Source: Gemmatimonadota bacterium
GTDB lineage: Bacteria > Gemmatimonadota > Gemmatimonadetes > Gemmatimonadales > GWC2-71-9
Assembly (NCBI GenBank): GCA_041500125.1
Contig: JBGQLP010000003.1
Span: forward strand, 56,751-120,750
DNA length: 64,000 nt
Direction: 5' to 3'
The position numbers and the translations under genes are program-made. Shown piece after piece: positions 54,985 to 64,000 of the stretch; the stretch's first letter is position 1; each line of letters opens with the position of its first letter. Under the pieces are notes generated by a model. It saw only the letters and a program-made list of their open reading frames with translations, was not told the origin of the DNA and did no database searches.

Positions 54985-55905
54985 TCAGGACGTCCTGCTT
55001 ACAATATACCCGGCCAAAGCACCCAGGGCGCCCGATGGGACGCCCGCGCGGTCGAGATGGGCCACGGCACTCCGAGCCAGCTGCTGCGCCTCAGCTCGGG
55101 CTCCCTCGATCCCCAGCAGCACCACGTACGTGGACTTTTCGAGCTGCACGTCCCGGCCCGCCGTTTTCCCCAGCTCATCGCTGGTCCCGGTCGCATCGAG
55201 GACGTCGTCCGCAATCTGGAAGGCGAGGCCGATGTCCTCCCCGTATGCGGTAAGGGCTTCCAGCTCCGCCGCTCCGGCCTCGGCCGCCAGGCCCCCGAGT
55301 GTACAGGCTGCCCGAATCAGCGCTCCGGTCTTGCCCCGATGAACCCCGGTCAGATCGGGCAGCTTGAGCGCCTGACCCTCGGCCTCGAGGTCGAGCCACT
55401 GACCCCCGACCATCCCCTCGATGCCCCCGGCCTGAAAGAGCTCGCCCGCCATCCGTCCCAGTACCGAGGAGGGCAGAGCGAGCTCACGGGTGGCGACCGC
55501 GAGAAGGCGCGCGGCCATCGGCACCAGAAGAAAACCAACCCGCGTGGCCGTGGGGACATCGAAAGCGCGGTGGGTGGTCGGGCGACCCCGGCGGAGGTCG
55601 TCGTCGTCCATGCACGGCAGATCGTCGTGCACCAACGAGTAGGCGTGCACCGTCTCGACCGCAGCCGCCACACCGGCAATCCCCGGAGAGTGTCCGCCGA
55701 GCGATCGGTATGCCGCCAGCAACAACGCGGCCCGAACTCGTTTGCCCGGTGTTCGGAGGGCGTACGCCAGCGCCTGTCCCTGCCGGCCGCCGATCTCCCG
55801 CTGGAGCCGCTCGGCCCAATCGCCGAGGAGGAGGTCGAGAGCCTCTCGGGCCTCGATCAGCAGCTCGGTGGCAGCCCCCGCTCCGGAGGCGGCCTCAGGC
55901 ATCAA
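54985..55905 (-). CDS. ispA: polyprenyl (farnesyl/geranylgeranyl) diphosphate synthase
   Basis: First Asp-rich motif LVHDDLPCMDDDDLRRG and second motif FQIADDVLD. Confidence 0.9.
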   Translation of the reverse strand: MMPEAASGAGAATELLIEAREALDLLLGDWAERLQREIGGRQGQALAYALRTPGKRVRAALLLAAYRSLGGHSPGIAGVAAAVETVHAYSLVHDDLPCMDDDDLRRGRPTTHRAFDVPTATRVGFLLVPMAARLLAVATRELALPSSVLGRMAGELFQAGGIEGMVGGQWLDLEAEGQALKLPDLTGVHRGKTGALIRAACTLGGLAAEAGAAELEALTAYGEDIGLAFQIADDVLDATGTSDELGKTAGRDVQLEKSTYVVLLGIEGARAEAQQLARSAVAHLDRAGVPSGALGALAGYIVSRTS

Positions 55906-56140
55906 GGTCGGTCAGCCTGAGATCTCCGTCCGCCTCTTCCAGAACGGCCTGCACCTTGAGCTCGGCGGCCACGAGGCGCTCTCGAGCCGCGCGGAGCCGG
56001 GCGACACCTTCCTCGAAGAGCGCGAGCGCCGCGTCGAGCTCCACATCGTCCGCCTCGAGCTTGCGGACGATCTCCTCCAACCGGGCCAGCTCGTCGCCCA
56101 GGGGAGGAGTCAAGGATGGTCCCGCACCGGTCTTGGCCAT
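55895..56140 (-). CDS. xseB: exodeoxyribonuclease VII small subunit
   Basis: 81-aa helical protein (LEEIVRKLEADDVELDAALALFEEGVARLR). I chose ATG at 56140, just after the xseA stop. Confidence 0.85.
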   Translation of the reverse strand: MAKTGAGPSLTPPLGDELARLEEIVRKLEADDVELDAALALFEEGVARLRAARERLVAAELKVQAVLEEADGDLRLTDLDA

Positions 56141-56144
56141 TACA

Positions 56145-57296
56145 TCACTCCACGCGGGCCCGCACGTCGCCATCGGCCACCCGCAGACGGAAGCTTTCAC
56201 GGGGGACGAAGTCGGCCCGGTGCTTCAACACCCGCCCGGCTTCACTCATCGGGACGGCGTAGCCCCGGCCCAGGACCCTGAGCGGACTCAGGGCGTCGAG
56301 CTGCGCGGCCAGACGATCGGTCAGGTTGCGTCGCGAATCGAGCACGGCCTCGACCCCGGCGTGGAGCCGGTCGGCAGTGCGAGCCAGCCGGGCTCGGCCG
56401 AGTCGAGTCCTGCCGGAGAGTCCGGCGGCGAGCCGCACCGAGAGATCATCCACCAGTCGGAGTACGTCGCGCCGGTCGGAGACGGCCAGCTCCGCCGCAG
56501 CCGACGGAGTGGCGGCCCGGACGTCGGCGACGAGGTCGGTCAGCGAGATGTCGATCTCGTGTCCCACCGCCGATATCGTGGGCACCCTGACCGCGGCGAG
56601 GGCGCGGCATACCGTCTCGCTGTTGAACGCAGCGAGGTCCTCCCGTCCGCCACCACCGCGGCCCACGATACAGACATCCAGGTCATGGATGCGGTTCACC
56701 AGGGAAAGCGCCCGCACCAGCTCACCGACGGCACCATCTCCCTGGACCCGGGCTCCCACCACCAGGATGCGGGCGCAAGGCCAGCGCTTCCGGGTCACGG
56801 TCACCACATCATGGATCACGGCGCCATCGGGACTGGTCACCAGGGCGACGGTGCAGGCGTAGATCGGGATTTGACGTTTGCGCGAGAGGTCGAAGAGACC
56901 ATCCTTTTGCAGAACGGTCTTGACCCGCTCCAGCTCCTGCTGCTGCCGGCCCATGGCCGACGTGGGGATGACCCGGGTGACGGAGAGCTGGAACTCGCCT
57001 TTTTCCTCGTAGAGAGCGGGCTTGGCAAGCACGAAGACTTCAGTGCCGTCCGCAGGCGGCCTTCCGCCCCGCTCGGCGTACATCTTCCACATGCAGCACT
57101 TCACCTGGCTCTTCTTGTCGCGGAGGGTGAAGTACCAATGGCCGCTCGACCACACCTTCACCTGCACGACCTCACCCCGCACCCAGAGCGGCATCGGATG
57201 GTTCTCGATAAGCCGTTTGACCGATGCGCTGAGCTGGCCGACGGACCAGACGTGATCAGTTGGGGATGGCGTGCTGAACGTGAGTGATAGGGTCAT
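56145..57296 (-). CDS. xseA: exodeoxyribonuclease VII large subunit
   Basis: N-terminal OB fold (WVRGEVVQVKVWSSGHWYFTLRD), motif GRGGGGREDL, and the adjacent xseB. Confidence 0.9.
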   Translation of the reverse strand: MTLSLTFSTPSPTDHVWSVGQLSASVKRLIENHPMPLWVRGEVVQVKVWSSGHWYFTLRDKKSQVKCCMWKMYAERGGRPPADGTEVFVLAKPALYEEKGEFQLSVTRVIPTSAMGRQQQELERVKTVLQKDGLFDLSRKRQIPIYACTVALVTSPDGAVIHDVVTVTRKRWPCARILVVGARVQGDGAVGELVRALSLVNRIHDLDVCIVGRGGGGREDLAAFNSETVCRALAAVRVPTISAVGHEIDISLTDLVADVRAATPSAAAELAVSDRRDVLRLVDDLSVRLAAGLSGRTRLGRARLARTADRLHAGVEAVLDSRRNLTDRLAAQLDALSPLRVLGRGYAVPMSEAGRVLKHRADFVPRESFRLRVADGDVRARVE

Positions 57297-57348
57297 AGCA
57301 ATTCAAAGTTCCGCAAAGCCTGACACGAAAGATTCCGTGATTAAAGAT

Positions 57349-58236
57349 CTAATCGAGGTCGGCCTGCTGCATTGCCTGTAAAGTATTCTGGAGCAGCATC
57401 GCAATGGTCATTGGGCCGACGCCGCCGGGGACCGGAGTGATGGCCGACGCGATCTGGGCCACCTGCTCGTAGGCCACGTCGCCCACCAGGCGGTAGCCCT
57501 TGGGCCGGGACGCATCGTCCACCCGGTTGATCCCGACGTCGATCACGACGGCGCCGGGACGCACCATGTCCGCGGTCACGAACTCGGCCTTCCCGATGGC
57601 CGCGATGAGGATATCCGCGCTGCGGGTGACGGCCGGCAGATCTCGGGTTCGGGAATGGCAGACCGTGACCGTCGCGTCGCCACCGGGCCCCTGCTGGATC
57701 AGCAGATTGGCCATGGGCCGGCCCACGATGTTGGAACGACCCACGATCACGGCGTGGGCTCCCTTGGTCTCGATCCCCGAACGGATCAGCATCTGCTGAA
57801 CGCCGTAGGGCGTCGCCGGCCGAAATGCCGTCTTGTCTCCAATGACCAGCTTGCCGACGTTCATCGGGTGAAAGCCGTCCACGTCTTTCGCAGGGTCGAT
57901 TCGCCGCAGCACCTTCTCGCTGTTGATGTGCTTGGGCAGGGGGAGCTGGACCAGAATGCCGTGGATCTGGGGATCGGCGTTGAGCCGGTCAACCGTGGCG
58001 AGCAGCTCGGCCTCAGGCGTATCCGGCGGCAGCCGGACGGTGACCGAATGCATTCCCGCTTCTTCGCAGGCCTTCCCCTTGGAGCGGACGTAGACCGCGC
58101 TGGCGGGGTCCTCCCCCACCAGCACTGCGGCCAGCCCCGGCCGCCGCCCGCTGCCCTTCATCCGGGCGACCTCGGCGGCGACCTCATCCCGAATAGCTTT
58201 GCCGATCACGGTGCCATCGAGAATCCTTGCACTCAT
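57349..58236 (-). CDS. folD: bifunctional methylenetetrahydrofolate dehydrogenase/cyclohydrolase
   Basis: Motifs [23 protein letters not shown] and [11 protein letters not shown]. Confidence 0.95.
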   Translation of the reverse strand: MSARILDGTVIGKAIRDEVAAEVARMKGSGRRPGLAAVLVGEDPASAVYVRSKGKACEEAGMHSVTVRLPPDTPEAELLATVDRLNADPQIHGILVQLPLPKHINSEKVLRRIDPAKDVDGFHPMNVGKLVIGDKTAFRPATPYGVQQMLIRSGIETKGAHAVIVGRSNIVGRPMANLLIQQGPGGDATVTVCHSRTRDLPAVTRSADILIAAIGKAEFVTADMVRPGAVVIDVGINRVDDASRPKGYRLVGDVAYEQVAQIASAITPVPGGVGPMTIAMLLQNTLQAMQQADLD

Positions 58237-59813
58237 CGGGCAAAATCCACGGCTCGGGTCTCCCGGATCACCACCACCTTGATCTGACCAGGGTACTGTA
58301 GCTCGCTCTCGATTTTCCGGGCGATGGAGTCGGAGAGTATGGCGGCGGCGCCGTCATCGATCCGATCGGGCGTGACCACCACCCGGATCTCCCGCCCCGC
58401 CTGAATCACGTTGCTCTTCTCCACTCCGGCGAAGCCATTGGCGATCTCCTCCAGGCGAGTGAGCCGCTTGACGTAGCTCTCGAACGCCTCGCGCCGGGCG
58501 CCCGGACGCGACCCGCTGATCGCGTCGGCCGCCTGCACCAGGACCGATTCGGCCGACTCGTGCGGCACGTCGTCGTGGTGGGCCTGGATGCAGTTGATCA
58601 CGGGTCCGATCTCCCCGTACTTGCGGGCCACCTCCACGCCGAGCTCTACGTGGGTCCCTTCACTATTGTGAGTGAGAACCTTGCCGATGTCGTGCAGCAG
58701 GCCGCCGCGCTTGGCGAGGGCCACGTCCAGATGGAGCTCGGCGGCCATCATCCCGGCGAGCCACGCCACTTCCTTGGAGTGGTCCAGGATGTTCTGGCCG
58801 TACGAGGTGCGGTAGCGCATCCGCCCGATGAGCTTGATGACCTCGGCGTGGAGACCGTGCACACCGGTGTCGTACGCGGCCTGCTCGCCCAGCTCCACCA
58901 GTTGAGTGTCCAGCTCCTGCTGGATCCTCTGCACGATCTCCTCGATCCGGCCCGGGTGGATCCGGCCGTCGGTGATGAGGGCCTCGAGCGAGCGGCGAGC
59001 CACCTCACGCCGGATGGGGTCGAAGCAGGAGATGATGACGGTGTCGGGGGTGTCATCGATAATGACGTCCACCCCGGTCGCGGTCTCGAAGGCGCGGATG
59101 TTCCGACCCTCGCGCCCGATGATGCGGCCCTTCATCTCGTCGTTCGGCAGCGCTACGGCGGCCACCGTGCTTTCCGCGGTATGCTCCGCGCCCAAGCGCT
59201 GTATCGCCATCGCGATGATGCGGCGGGCGTCGCGGTCGGCGGTGCGGCGGGCCTGCTCCTTGATGTCGCGGATCAGTGCGGCGGCCTGTCCCCGGGCCTC
59301 GTCTTCCACCCGCTGGAGGATCTCGCGCCGGGCATCCTCCGCCGAGAGGCCGGCGATCCGCTCCAGCTTGAGCCGCTGTTCCTGAGCCAGGCGGTCCGCC
59401 TCTCCCTCGCGGCTACGGAGACTCGTCTCCCGCTGAGTCAGGGCCTCCTCCCGGTGGACGGCGCCCCGCTCGCGAGCTTCGATCTCTTCCAGCTTGCGCT
59501 CCTGGACCCGGGCCCGCTCGTCCGCCCGGCGTTCCAGCCGCTCCCATTCCTCCCGCCGCCGCTGGACCTCGCGATCGAGCTCCTCCCGCAGCTTGAGTGT
59601 CTCCATCTTCGCCGTCAGGAGCAGGTCCGACTTGGCAGACTCGGCCTCCCGCTGGCCCTCGGTGCGGAGCCGCTCCGCCTCGGCGCGGGCCACCCCCAGG
59701 ACGCTGGTCGCACTCCGCCGTTGATTGCGAGTGTAGAGGAGGATGAATACCAGCGCGGCGGCCAGCCCGGCCGCCACCCCGGAGAGCATCGGCAGGAGGA
59801 GGGATTGCAGCAT
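58233..59813 (-). CDS. rny: ribonuclease Y
   Basis: N-terminal TM helix, long coiled coil, KH domain ([15 protein letters not shown]) and HD domain (LLHDIGK, QAHHDD). Confidence 0.95.
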   Translation of the reverse strand: MLQSLLLPMLSGVAAGLAAALVFILLYTRNQRRSATSVLGVARAEAERLRTEGQREAESAKSDLLLTAKMETLKLREELDREVQRRREEWERLERRADERARVQERKLEEIEARERGAVHREEALTQRETSLRSREGEADRLAQEQRLKLERIAGLSAEDARREILQRVEDEARGQAAALIRDIKEQARRTADRDARRIIAMAIQRLGAEHTAESTVAAVALPNDEMKGRIIGREGRNIRAFETATGVDVIIDDTPDTVIISCFDPIRREVARRSLEALITDGRIHPGRIEEIVQRIQQELDTQLVELGEQAAYDTGVHGLHAEVIKLIGRMRYRTSYGQNILDHSKEVAWLAGMMAAELHLDVALAKRGGLLHDIGKVLTHNSEGTHVELGVEVARKYGEIGPVINCIQAHHDDVPHESAESVLVQAADAISGSRPGARREAFESYVKRLTRLEEIANGFAGVEKSNVIQAGREIRVVVTPDRIDDGAAAILSDSIARKIESELQYPGQIKVVVIRETRAVDFAR

Positions 59814-59828
59814 TTTACGGGACGCTCC

Positions 59829-60137
59829 TCAGGACGCTACGCGACGACCACGCTTGGCGGGCGGAAGCAGCCGGGCCAGATCGTCCGCCATGGCGGACAG
59901 CCGGTCGGCGACGTCGCGGTCGCCCCGGCGGGCCTGAAAGAGCTCGTCGGTGATGGCGAGACCGGCCAGGATTGCTGCCTTATGCGACTCAACCATGGGC
60001 AATGTGTCCCGCACCCGCTTGAGCGCGGCGTCGAGGTATGCCGCGACTTCCCGGGTGTACTCGGGCGGTACCTCGGATCGGACGGTGTATTCCTCGCCAC
60101 CGATGAAGACCCGGACTGCGTTCTTGGTGGTATTCAC
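59829..60137 (-). CDS. zapA: cell division protein ZapA
   Basis: 102 aa with GTG start: VRVFIGGEEYTVRSEVPPEYTREVAAYLD. Lies in the conserved position between pheT and rny. Confidence 0.8.
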   Translation of the reverse strand: MNTTKNAVRVFIGGEEYTVRSEVPPEYTREVAAYLDAALKRVRDTLPMVESHKAAILAGLAITDELFQARRGDRDVADRLSAMADDLARLLPPAKRGRRVAS

Positions 60138-60445
60138 GCCGCGTTGCCTCCGCCATGCTGTTCTAGGAACGAGAGCCGGCCGGCGAGGACACGCAGCCGA
60201 TCTTTGGCCGCGTCGATCCGCTGCCGCAGCGTCTGATTCTCGGTCTCGAGCTCGACCACCCGCTGCCGAGCCTGGGTCAACTCGGGGCCGGCGACGATGC
60301 CGCCACTGGCTTTGGCCTCCTGCAGCTCACCCTCGGCCTTCAAGGTGCGCCGCCGCCACCCGGCCAGCTCTTCCGCCAGGTTATGGACGACGTGCTCCAG
60401 GTCGGTGAGCGCTTTCTGATCGGGACGATCGTATTGGTATGCCAC
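60134..60445 (-). CDS. coiled-coil protein (103 aa), possible ZapB-like partner
   Basis: GTG at 60445, 2 nt after the pheT stop. Heptad-rich sequence (LAEELAGWRRRTLKAEGELQE...VVELETENQTLRQRIDAAKDRLRVL). GTGA overlap with zapA. The track extension to 60904 lies inside pheT. Confidence 0.55.
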   Translation of the reverse strand: MAYQYDRPDQKALTDLEHVVHNLAEELAGWRRRTLKAEGELQEAKASGGIVAGPELTQARQRVVELETENQTLRQRIDAAKDRLRVLAGRLSFLEQHGGGNAA

Positions 60446-60447
60446 GG

Positions 60448-62841
60448 TTACTCTCCACCTGCTGGGCTGCCGGCATCGCGGCGCTGGATTCCGAGCTCTC
60501 CGCCAAGCGCGGCGAGCATGCGAGCTTCGACGGCATCGACTTCCGCGTCGCGCAGGGTACGGTCCGGCGCCCGGAATGAAAGCCGGAAGGCTACGCTCCG
60601 GGTCCCGGCGGGAAGCTCCGGCGCGCGGTAGACGCTCTCTATAAGAACCGACTCGAGCAAGGACCCGCCGACCCGCCGGAGCAGCTCCTCCACCTCTCGG
60701 ACCGAGGTCCCTTCCCGCAGCAACAGCGCCAGCACCCGCTCGGACGACGGCGTCGAGGGGAGGGGAGCGAATCGCACTGGGAGACGCGGAGCGGGGTCCA
60801 CCGCCAGCTCGAAGCCGAAGAGGGGCGCCGCCCACGGGGGCACGTCGGCCTCGATCGGACCGGCCTGGCCAACCGTTCGCCCCCGAGAATCCTGGGCGAT
60901 CCAACCCGACCCTTCAACCTGCACCACGCCTCCCGGAACCGCCAGAGCGACAGCGGCCTCGAACTGACCCTTGAGATCCCACAGATCGATGCGCCCTTCG
61001 CCGGAACCGGTCCAATGCTGTGGTTCCCTCCGCCCGGTGAGGACGACGCCCACATGTCGCTCTTCCCGCGGACGCTCGCCGGATGGCCCGGCGATGAATA
61101 TCGTGCCGATCTCGAAGAGGCGGACATCAGCCACGTGCTTGGCCCAGTTGCCTTCGACTAGCCGCCCCAGGCCGGGCAGGAGCCGCCGCCGAAGATACCC
61201 CTCGGTGCTGGAGAGCGGGTTTGCCAGGGGCACGCTCTCCTTGCCATCGGCTGGAGCCATGGGCAGCGGCAGCACCTCGATCAAACCTTGCCGGGTGAGG
61301 CCCTGGCGTACCTCCGTGGTGATGCGCTCGATCGCCGCATCCGGAAGAACGCTGGACCGAAAAGGACGCAGCTCCGCCGGAAAGTTTTGGTAGCCGTGGA
61401 GGCGAGCGACTTCCTCCACCAGGTCGATCTCCCGGGTCAGGTCGGGACGCCAGCTGGGGGGTTCGACCGCGATCCTTCCGTCATCCGGCTTCGGCACCAG
61501 GGTGGCGCCGACTGCCACGAGATAACTCTCCACCGCATGCCAGGGCAGCTCAATGCCGAGCACGTGGTTCACCCGGGATGGGCGCAGAAAGATCCGGGGC
61601 GGGTTCGCGGGACCAGGTCCGAGATCTACCGGGGCCGCCACCAGCTCGCCTCCGGCGGTCGCGCTGATGATCTCGATGCAGCGGCGCATGGCCTCGACTC
61701 CACCCCAGCGGTCGATTCCCCGCTCGAAGCGATAGCTCGCCTCGGTGGACAGACTCAGGGCCCGCCGAGTGCGGCGCACGAGGGTGGGATTGAAGTACGC
61801 GCACTCGAGAAAGACAGCCACGGTGTCGGCGCTGACCTCGCTGGCAGCGCTCCCCATGACGCCCGCGATGCCGATGGGGCCCTCGTCGTCCGCGATGACG
61901 GTCATCTCCGGCGTAAGCTTGCGCGCTATGCCATCCAGCGTCATCACCAACTCACCGGCCCGCGCCCGCCGGGCGATCACGCTGGGCCCTTGCAGCTTGG
62001 CAATGTCGTAGGCGTGCATCGGCTGGTTGAGCTCGAGCATCACGTAGTTGGTGGCATCCACCACGTTGTTGATGGAGCGGACGCCCACAGCCTCGAGCCG
62101 ATAGGCCAACCAGGCCGGCGAGGGTCCGATCCTGACTCCCCGCAAGACCGCACCCAGGAGACGGGGGCAGCCCTCGGGATCTTCGATGCCGGCGCGCACA
62201 CCGCCAACCTCGGTGGTATTGCCCACCCGGCGGGCTGGCGGGACATCGATGAGAACCGGACTCGGAATGGCCGGCAAGCGGAACGGCACTCCATAGGAAG
62301 CCGACAGCTCCCGGGCGATGCCCTTGTGGCCCAGCAGGTCGGGGCGGTTGGGCCCGACATCGATGACCAGGCGATGATCGGCAATCGGTAGCGCATCGAG
62401 CAGGCGGGTGCCCGGCGCGGCATCGGTTTGGAGCTCCCAGATGCCTTCCCCATCCTGCCCCAGCCCCAACTCCCGCGCGGAACAAAGCATTCCCTGCGAG
62501 GTCTCACCCCGCAGCTTCCGCTCCTCGATCCGGAGACCGCCCGGCAGGGTGGCGCCCACCGGCGCGAACGGATACTTGTGCCCGGCGGTGACGTTGCTGG
62601 CTCCACACACGACGTTCCGCCGTTCCGAGGCTCCCTGGTTGACCACGCAGAGCCGCAGCCGGTCGGCGTTGGGGTGGGGACGAACCTCTTCCACCAGGCC
62701 GACCAGCACGTCGCTCAGATCGGCATGGAGCGGCTGAACCGAATCGACCGGAGCGCCGAGCATGGTGAGCCGCTCGGCGAGATCGCGCGGCTCGAGGGAG
62801 CGACGCAGAAAGTCTTCCAGCCAACGCCGAGAGACGTTCAT
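60448..62841 (-). CDS. pheT: phenylalanine--tRNA ligase beta subunit
   Basis: 797 aa. N-terminus MNVSRRWLEDFL, tRNA-binding domain, B3/4 and B5 domains, and a C-terminal FDX-ACB domain. Confidence 0.95.
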   Translation of the reverse strand: MNVSRRWLEDFLRRSLEPRDLAERLTMLGAPVDSVQPLHADLSDVLVGLVEEVRPHPNADRLRLCVVNQGASERRNVVCGASNVTAGHKYPFAPVGATLPGGLRIEERKLRGETSQGMLCSARELGLGQDGEGIWELQTDAAPGTRLLDALPIADHRLVIDVGPNRPDLLGHKGIARELSASYGVPFRLPAIPSPVLIDVPPARRVGNTTEVGGVRAGIEDPEGCPRLLGAVLRGVRIGPSPAWLAYRLEAVGVRSINNVVDATNYVMLELNQPMHAYDIAKLQGPSVIARRARAGELVMTLDGIARKLTPEMTVIADDEGPIGIAGVMGSAASEVSADTVAVFLECAYFNPTLVRRTRRALSLSTEASYRFERGIDRWGGVEAMRRCIEIISATAGGELVAAPVDLGPGPANPPRIFLRPSRVNHVLGIELPWHAVESYLVAVGATLVPKPDDGRIAVEPPSWRPDLTREIDLVEEVARLHGYQNFPAELRPFRSSVLPDAAIERITTEVRQGLTRQGLIEVLPLPMAPADGKESVPLANPLSSTEGYLRRRLLPGLGRLVEGNWAKHVADVRLFEIGTIFIAGPSGERPREERHVGVVLTGRREPQHWTGSGEGRIDLWDLKGQFEAAVALAVPGGVVQVEGSGWIAQDSRGRTVGQAGPIEADVPPWAAPLFGFELAVDPAPRLPVRFAPLPSTPSSERVLALLLREGTSVREVEELLRRVGGSLLESVLIESVYRAPELPAGTRSVAFRLSFRAPDRTLRDAEVDAVEARMLAALGGELGIQRRDAGSPAGGE

Positions 62842-63911
62842 GAGCTCTGCTGCCCCACCGCGAATTGCTCCAGGAATCTCATGTCCCCGTCGTACAACAG
62901 CCGGATGTCGGGAATGCCGTACCGCAGCATGGTGATCCGATGCGGGCCCATCCCGAATGCCCAGCCGGTATACCGCTCAGCGTCCACGCTGGTGTGCTCG
63001 AAGACGGCGGGGTGCACCATCCCGCAGCCGAGGATCTCCATCCACCCCGTCCCTTTGCAGGCAGGACAGCCGGTCCCGTGACAGAGCTGACACTCGACGT
63101 CCATTTCGGCGGACGGCTCGGTGAACGGAAAGAAGGATGGCCGGAACCGGACCTTGGTGGTGGGAGTAAAGAACCGGTGGGCAAAGTGGACCAGGGTGGC
63201 CTTCAGATCCACGAACGAGATTCCTTCGTCGACGGCCAGTCCCTCGATCTGAGAGAAGGCAGGGGCGTGGGACGGATCGAACGGATCGTTGCGGTAAACC
63301 ATTCCGGGAATCACGACCCGCACCGGCGGCGGCGACTCGAGCAAGGTCCGAATCTGTACCGGCGAGGTGTGGGTTCGCAGCAGCAGACGGCCGCCTTGTT
63401 CGCCGGCAATCGGTGGCGCATCGAGGTAGAGCGTGTCGTGCATGTCCATGGCCGGGTGGTCGGCTGGAAAGTTGAGCGCGGTGAAGTTGTACCAGTCAGT
63501 CTCCACCTCGGGGCCGACCGCCACGGAGAAGCCCAGTCCCCGAAAGATCTCGACAATCTCATCTACCACCCGGGTGACCGGATGTTCGGCGCCGATCCAC
63601 CGGTGCCGCGCGGGCATGGTGAGGTCCACGCCGGCCTGCTCACTCGCCCGCCGCTCGGCTTCGAGGGTCTCTCCCCGGCGGGCAAACGCCTCTTCAAAGC
63701 GGGCCTTGAGCTGGTTGACCGCCGCACCGTATGCCTTTCGCTCCTCGGAAGTGCGCGAGGGCACCGACTTGAGTGCGATGGTGATTGCGCCATTCTTCCG
63801 TCCCAGGACGGCGATGATCTCCGCCGCAAGGGCGTCGGAGCTCAACCGCGGAACGGCGGCGAGCCGGGGAAGCAACGCGTCGAGGTCAGGGTAGCCGGTC
63901 GAATCAGGCAT
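62838..63911 (-). CDS. pheS: phenylalanine--tRNA ligase alpha subunit
   Basis: Class II motifs (HPAMDMHDTLY, RTHTSPVQIR, FRPSFFPFTEPSAE, GCGMVHP). 4-nt overlap with pheT. Confidence 0.95.
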   Translation of the reverse strand: MPDSTGYPDLDALLPRLAAVPRLSSDALAAEIIAVLGRKNGAITIALKSVPSRTSEERKAYGAAVNQLKARFEEAFARRGETLEAERRASEQAGVDLTMPARHRWIGAEHPVTRVVDEIVEIFRGLGFSVAVGPEVETDWYNFTALNFPADHPAMDMHDTLYLDAPPIAGEQGGRLLLRTHTSPVQIRTLLESPPPVRVVIPGMVYRNDPFDPSHAPAFSQIEGLAVDEGISFVDLKATLVHFAHRFFTPTTKVRFRPSFFPFTEPSAEMDVECQLCHGTGCPACKGTGWMEILGCGMVHPAVFEHTSVDAERYTGWAFGMGPHRITMLRYGIPDIRLLYDGDMRFLEQFAVGQQSS

Positions 63912-64000
63912 GGGGCTCGAGAGTACCAGTCAGTTACTACGTTGATGGGGCCGCCCGCCCAGTGCGAACGGCCCCATGCGGGCTACAGATATGGGCCGCA

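Noticed and set aside
63912-64000. Hairpins upstream of pheS (ATGGGGCCG...CGGCCCCAT, a 9-bp stem near 63934..63978) as a possible pheST attenuator.
   Set aside because: The region is cut by the window end. No leader peptide with Phe codons or U-tract is visible, so there is too little sequence to support a call.

Overview
This is a GC-rich bacterial chromosomal segment, roughly two-thirds G+C by eye. The phylum cannot be determined from the sequence alone. I support about 70 protein genes, one tRNA, several hairpin terminators, and a few structured intergenic elements. I found no CRISPR array, rRNA, transposase, integrase or phage genes.

Layout:
- 1-31.3 kb and 50.4-64 kb are core housekeeping operons, almost all on the minus strand.
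- The first block holds: accD 5' end, rodA-mrdA-mreD-mreC-mreB, dut, ald, an M16 peptidase, pnp-rpsO, rseP-dxr-cdsA-uppS-frr-pyrH-tsf-rpsB, rpsI-rplM, an acyl-CoA carboxylase cluster, and rpsA-cmk-aroA-tyrA.
- The second block holds: recN-nadK-dxs, ispA-xseB-xseA, folD-rny-zapA, and pheT-pheS.
- 31-50.4 kb is a mixed-strand patch of glgX, small lipoproteins, membrane proteins and DUF-type or unassignable genes. It also contains tRNA-Leu(UAA) and galK.

About 20 adjacent gene pairs share 4-nt ATGA/GTGA/TTGA stop-start overlaps. Many ORF-track entries carry spurious N-terminal extensions, which I trimmed using these overlaps and family N-termini.

I see no recognisable complete novel system such as a defense island. 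The most interesting items are:
- two genes whose conserved N-termini lie upstream of any canonical start codon (glgX and an HExxH membrane protein);
- a tandem pair of unknown 90-aa paralogs sharing a PPMWY motif, inside a run of tightly packed small unknown genes;
- a near-consensus promoter with a ~260-nt structured leader;
- a nested inverted-repeat element just upstream of dxs;
- an acyl-CoA carboxylase operon interleaved by overlaps with two unrelated genes;
- an orphan plus-strand gene wedged into the rpsO/rseP junction.

All family assignments come from motif recognition in the translations. No database search was run.
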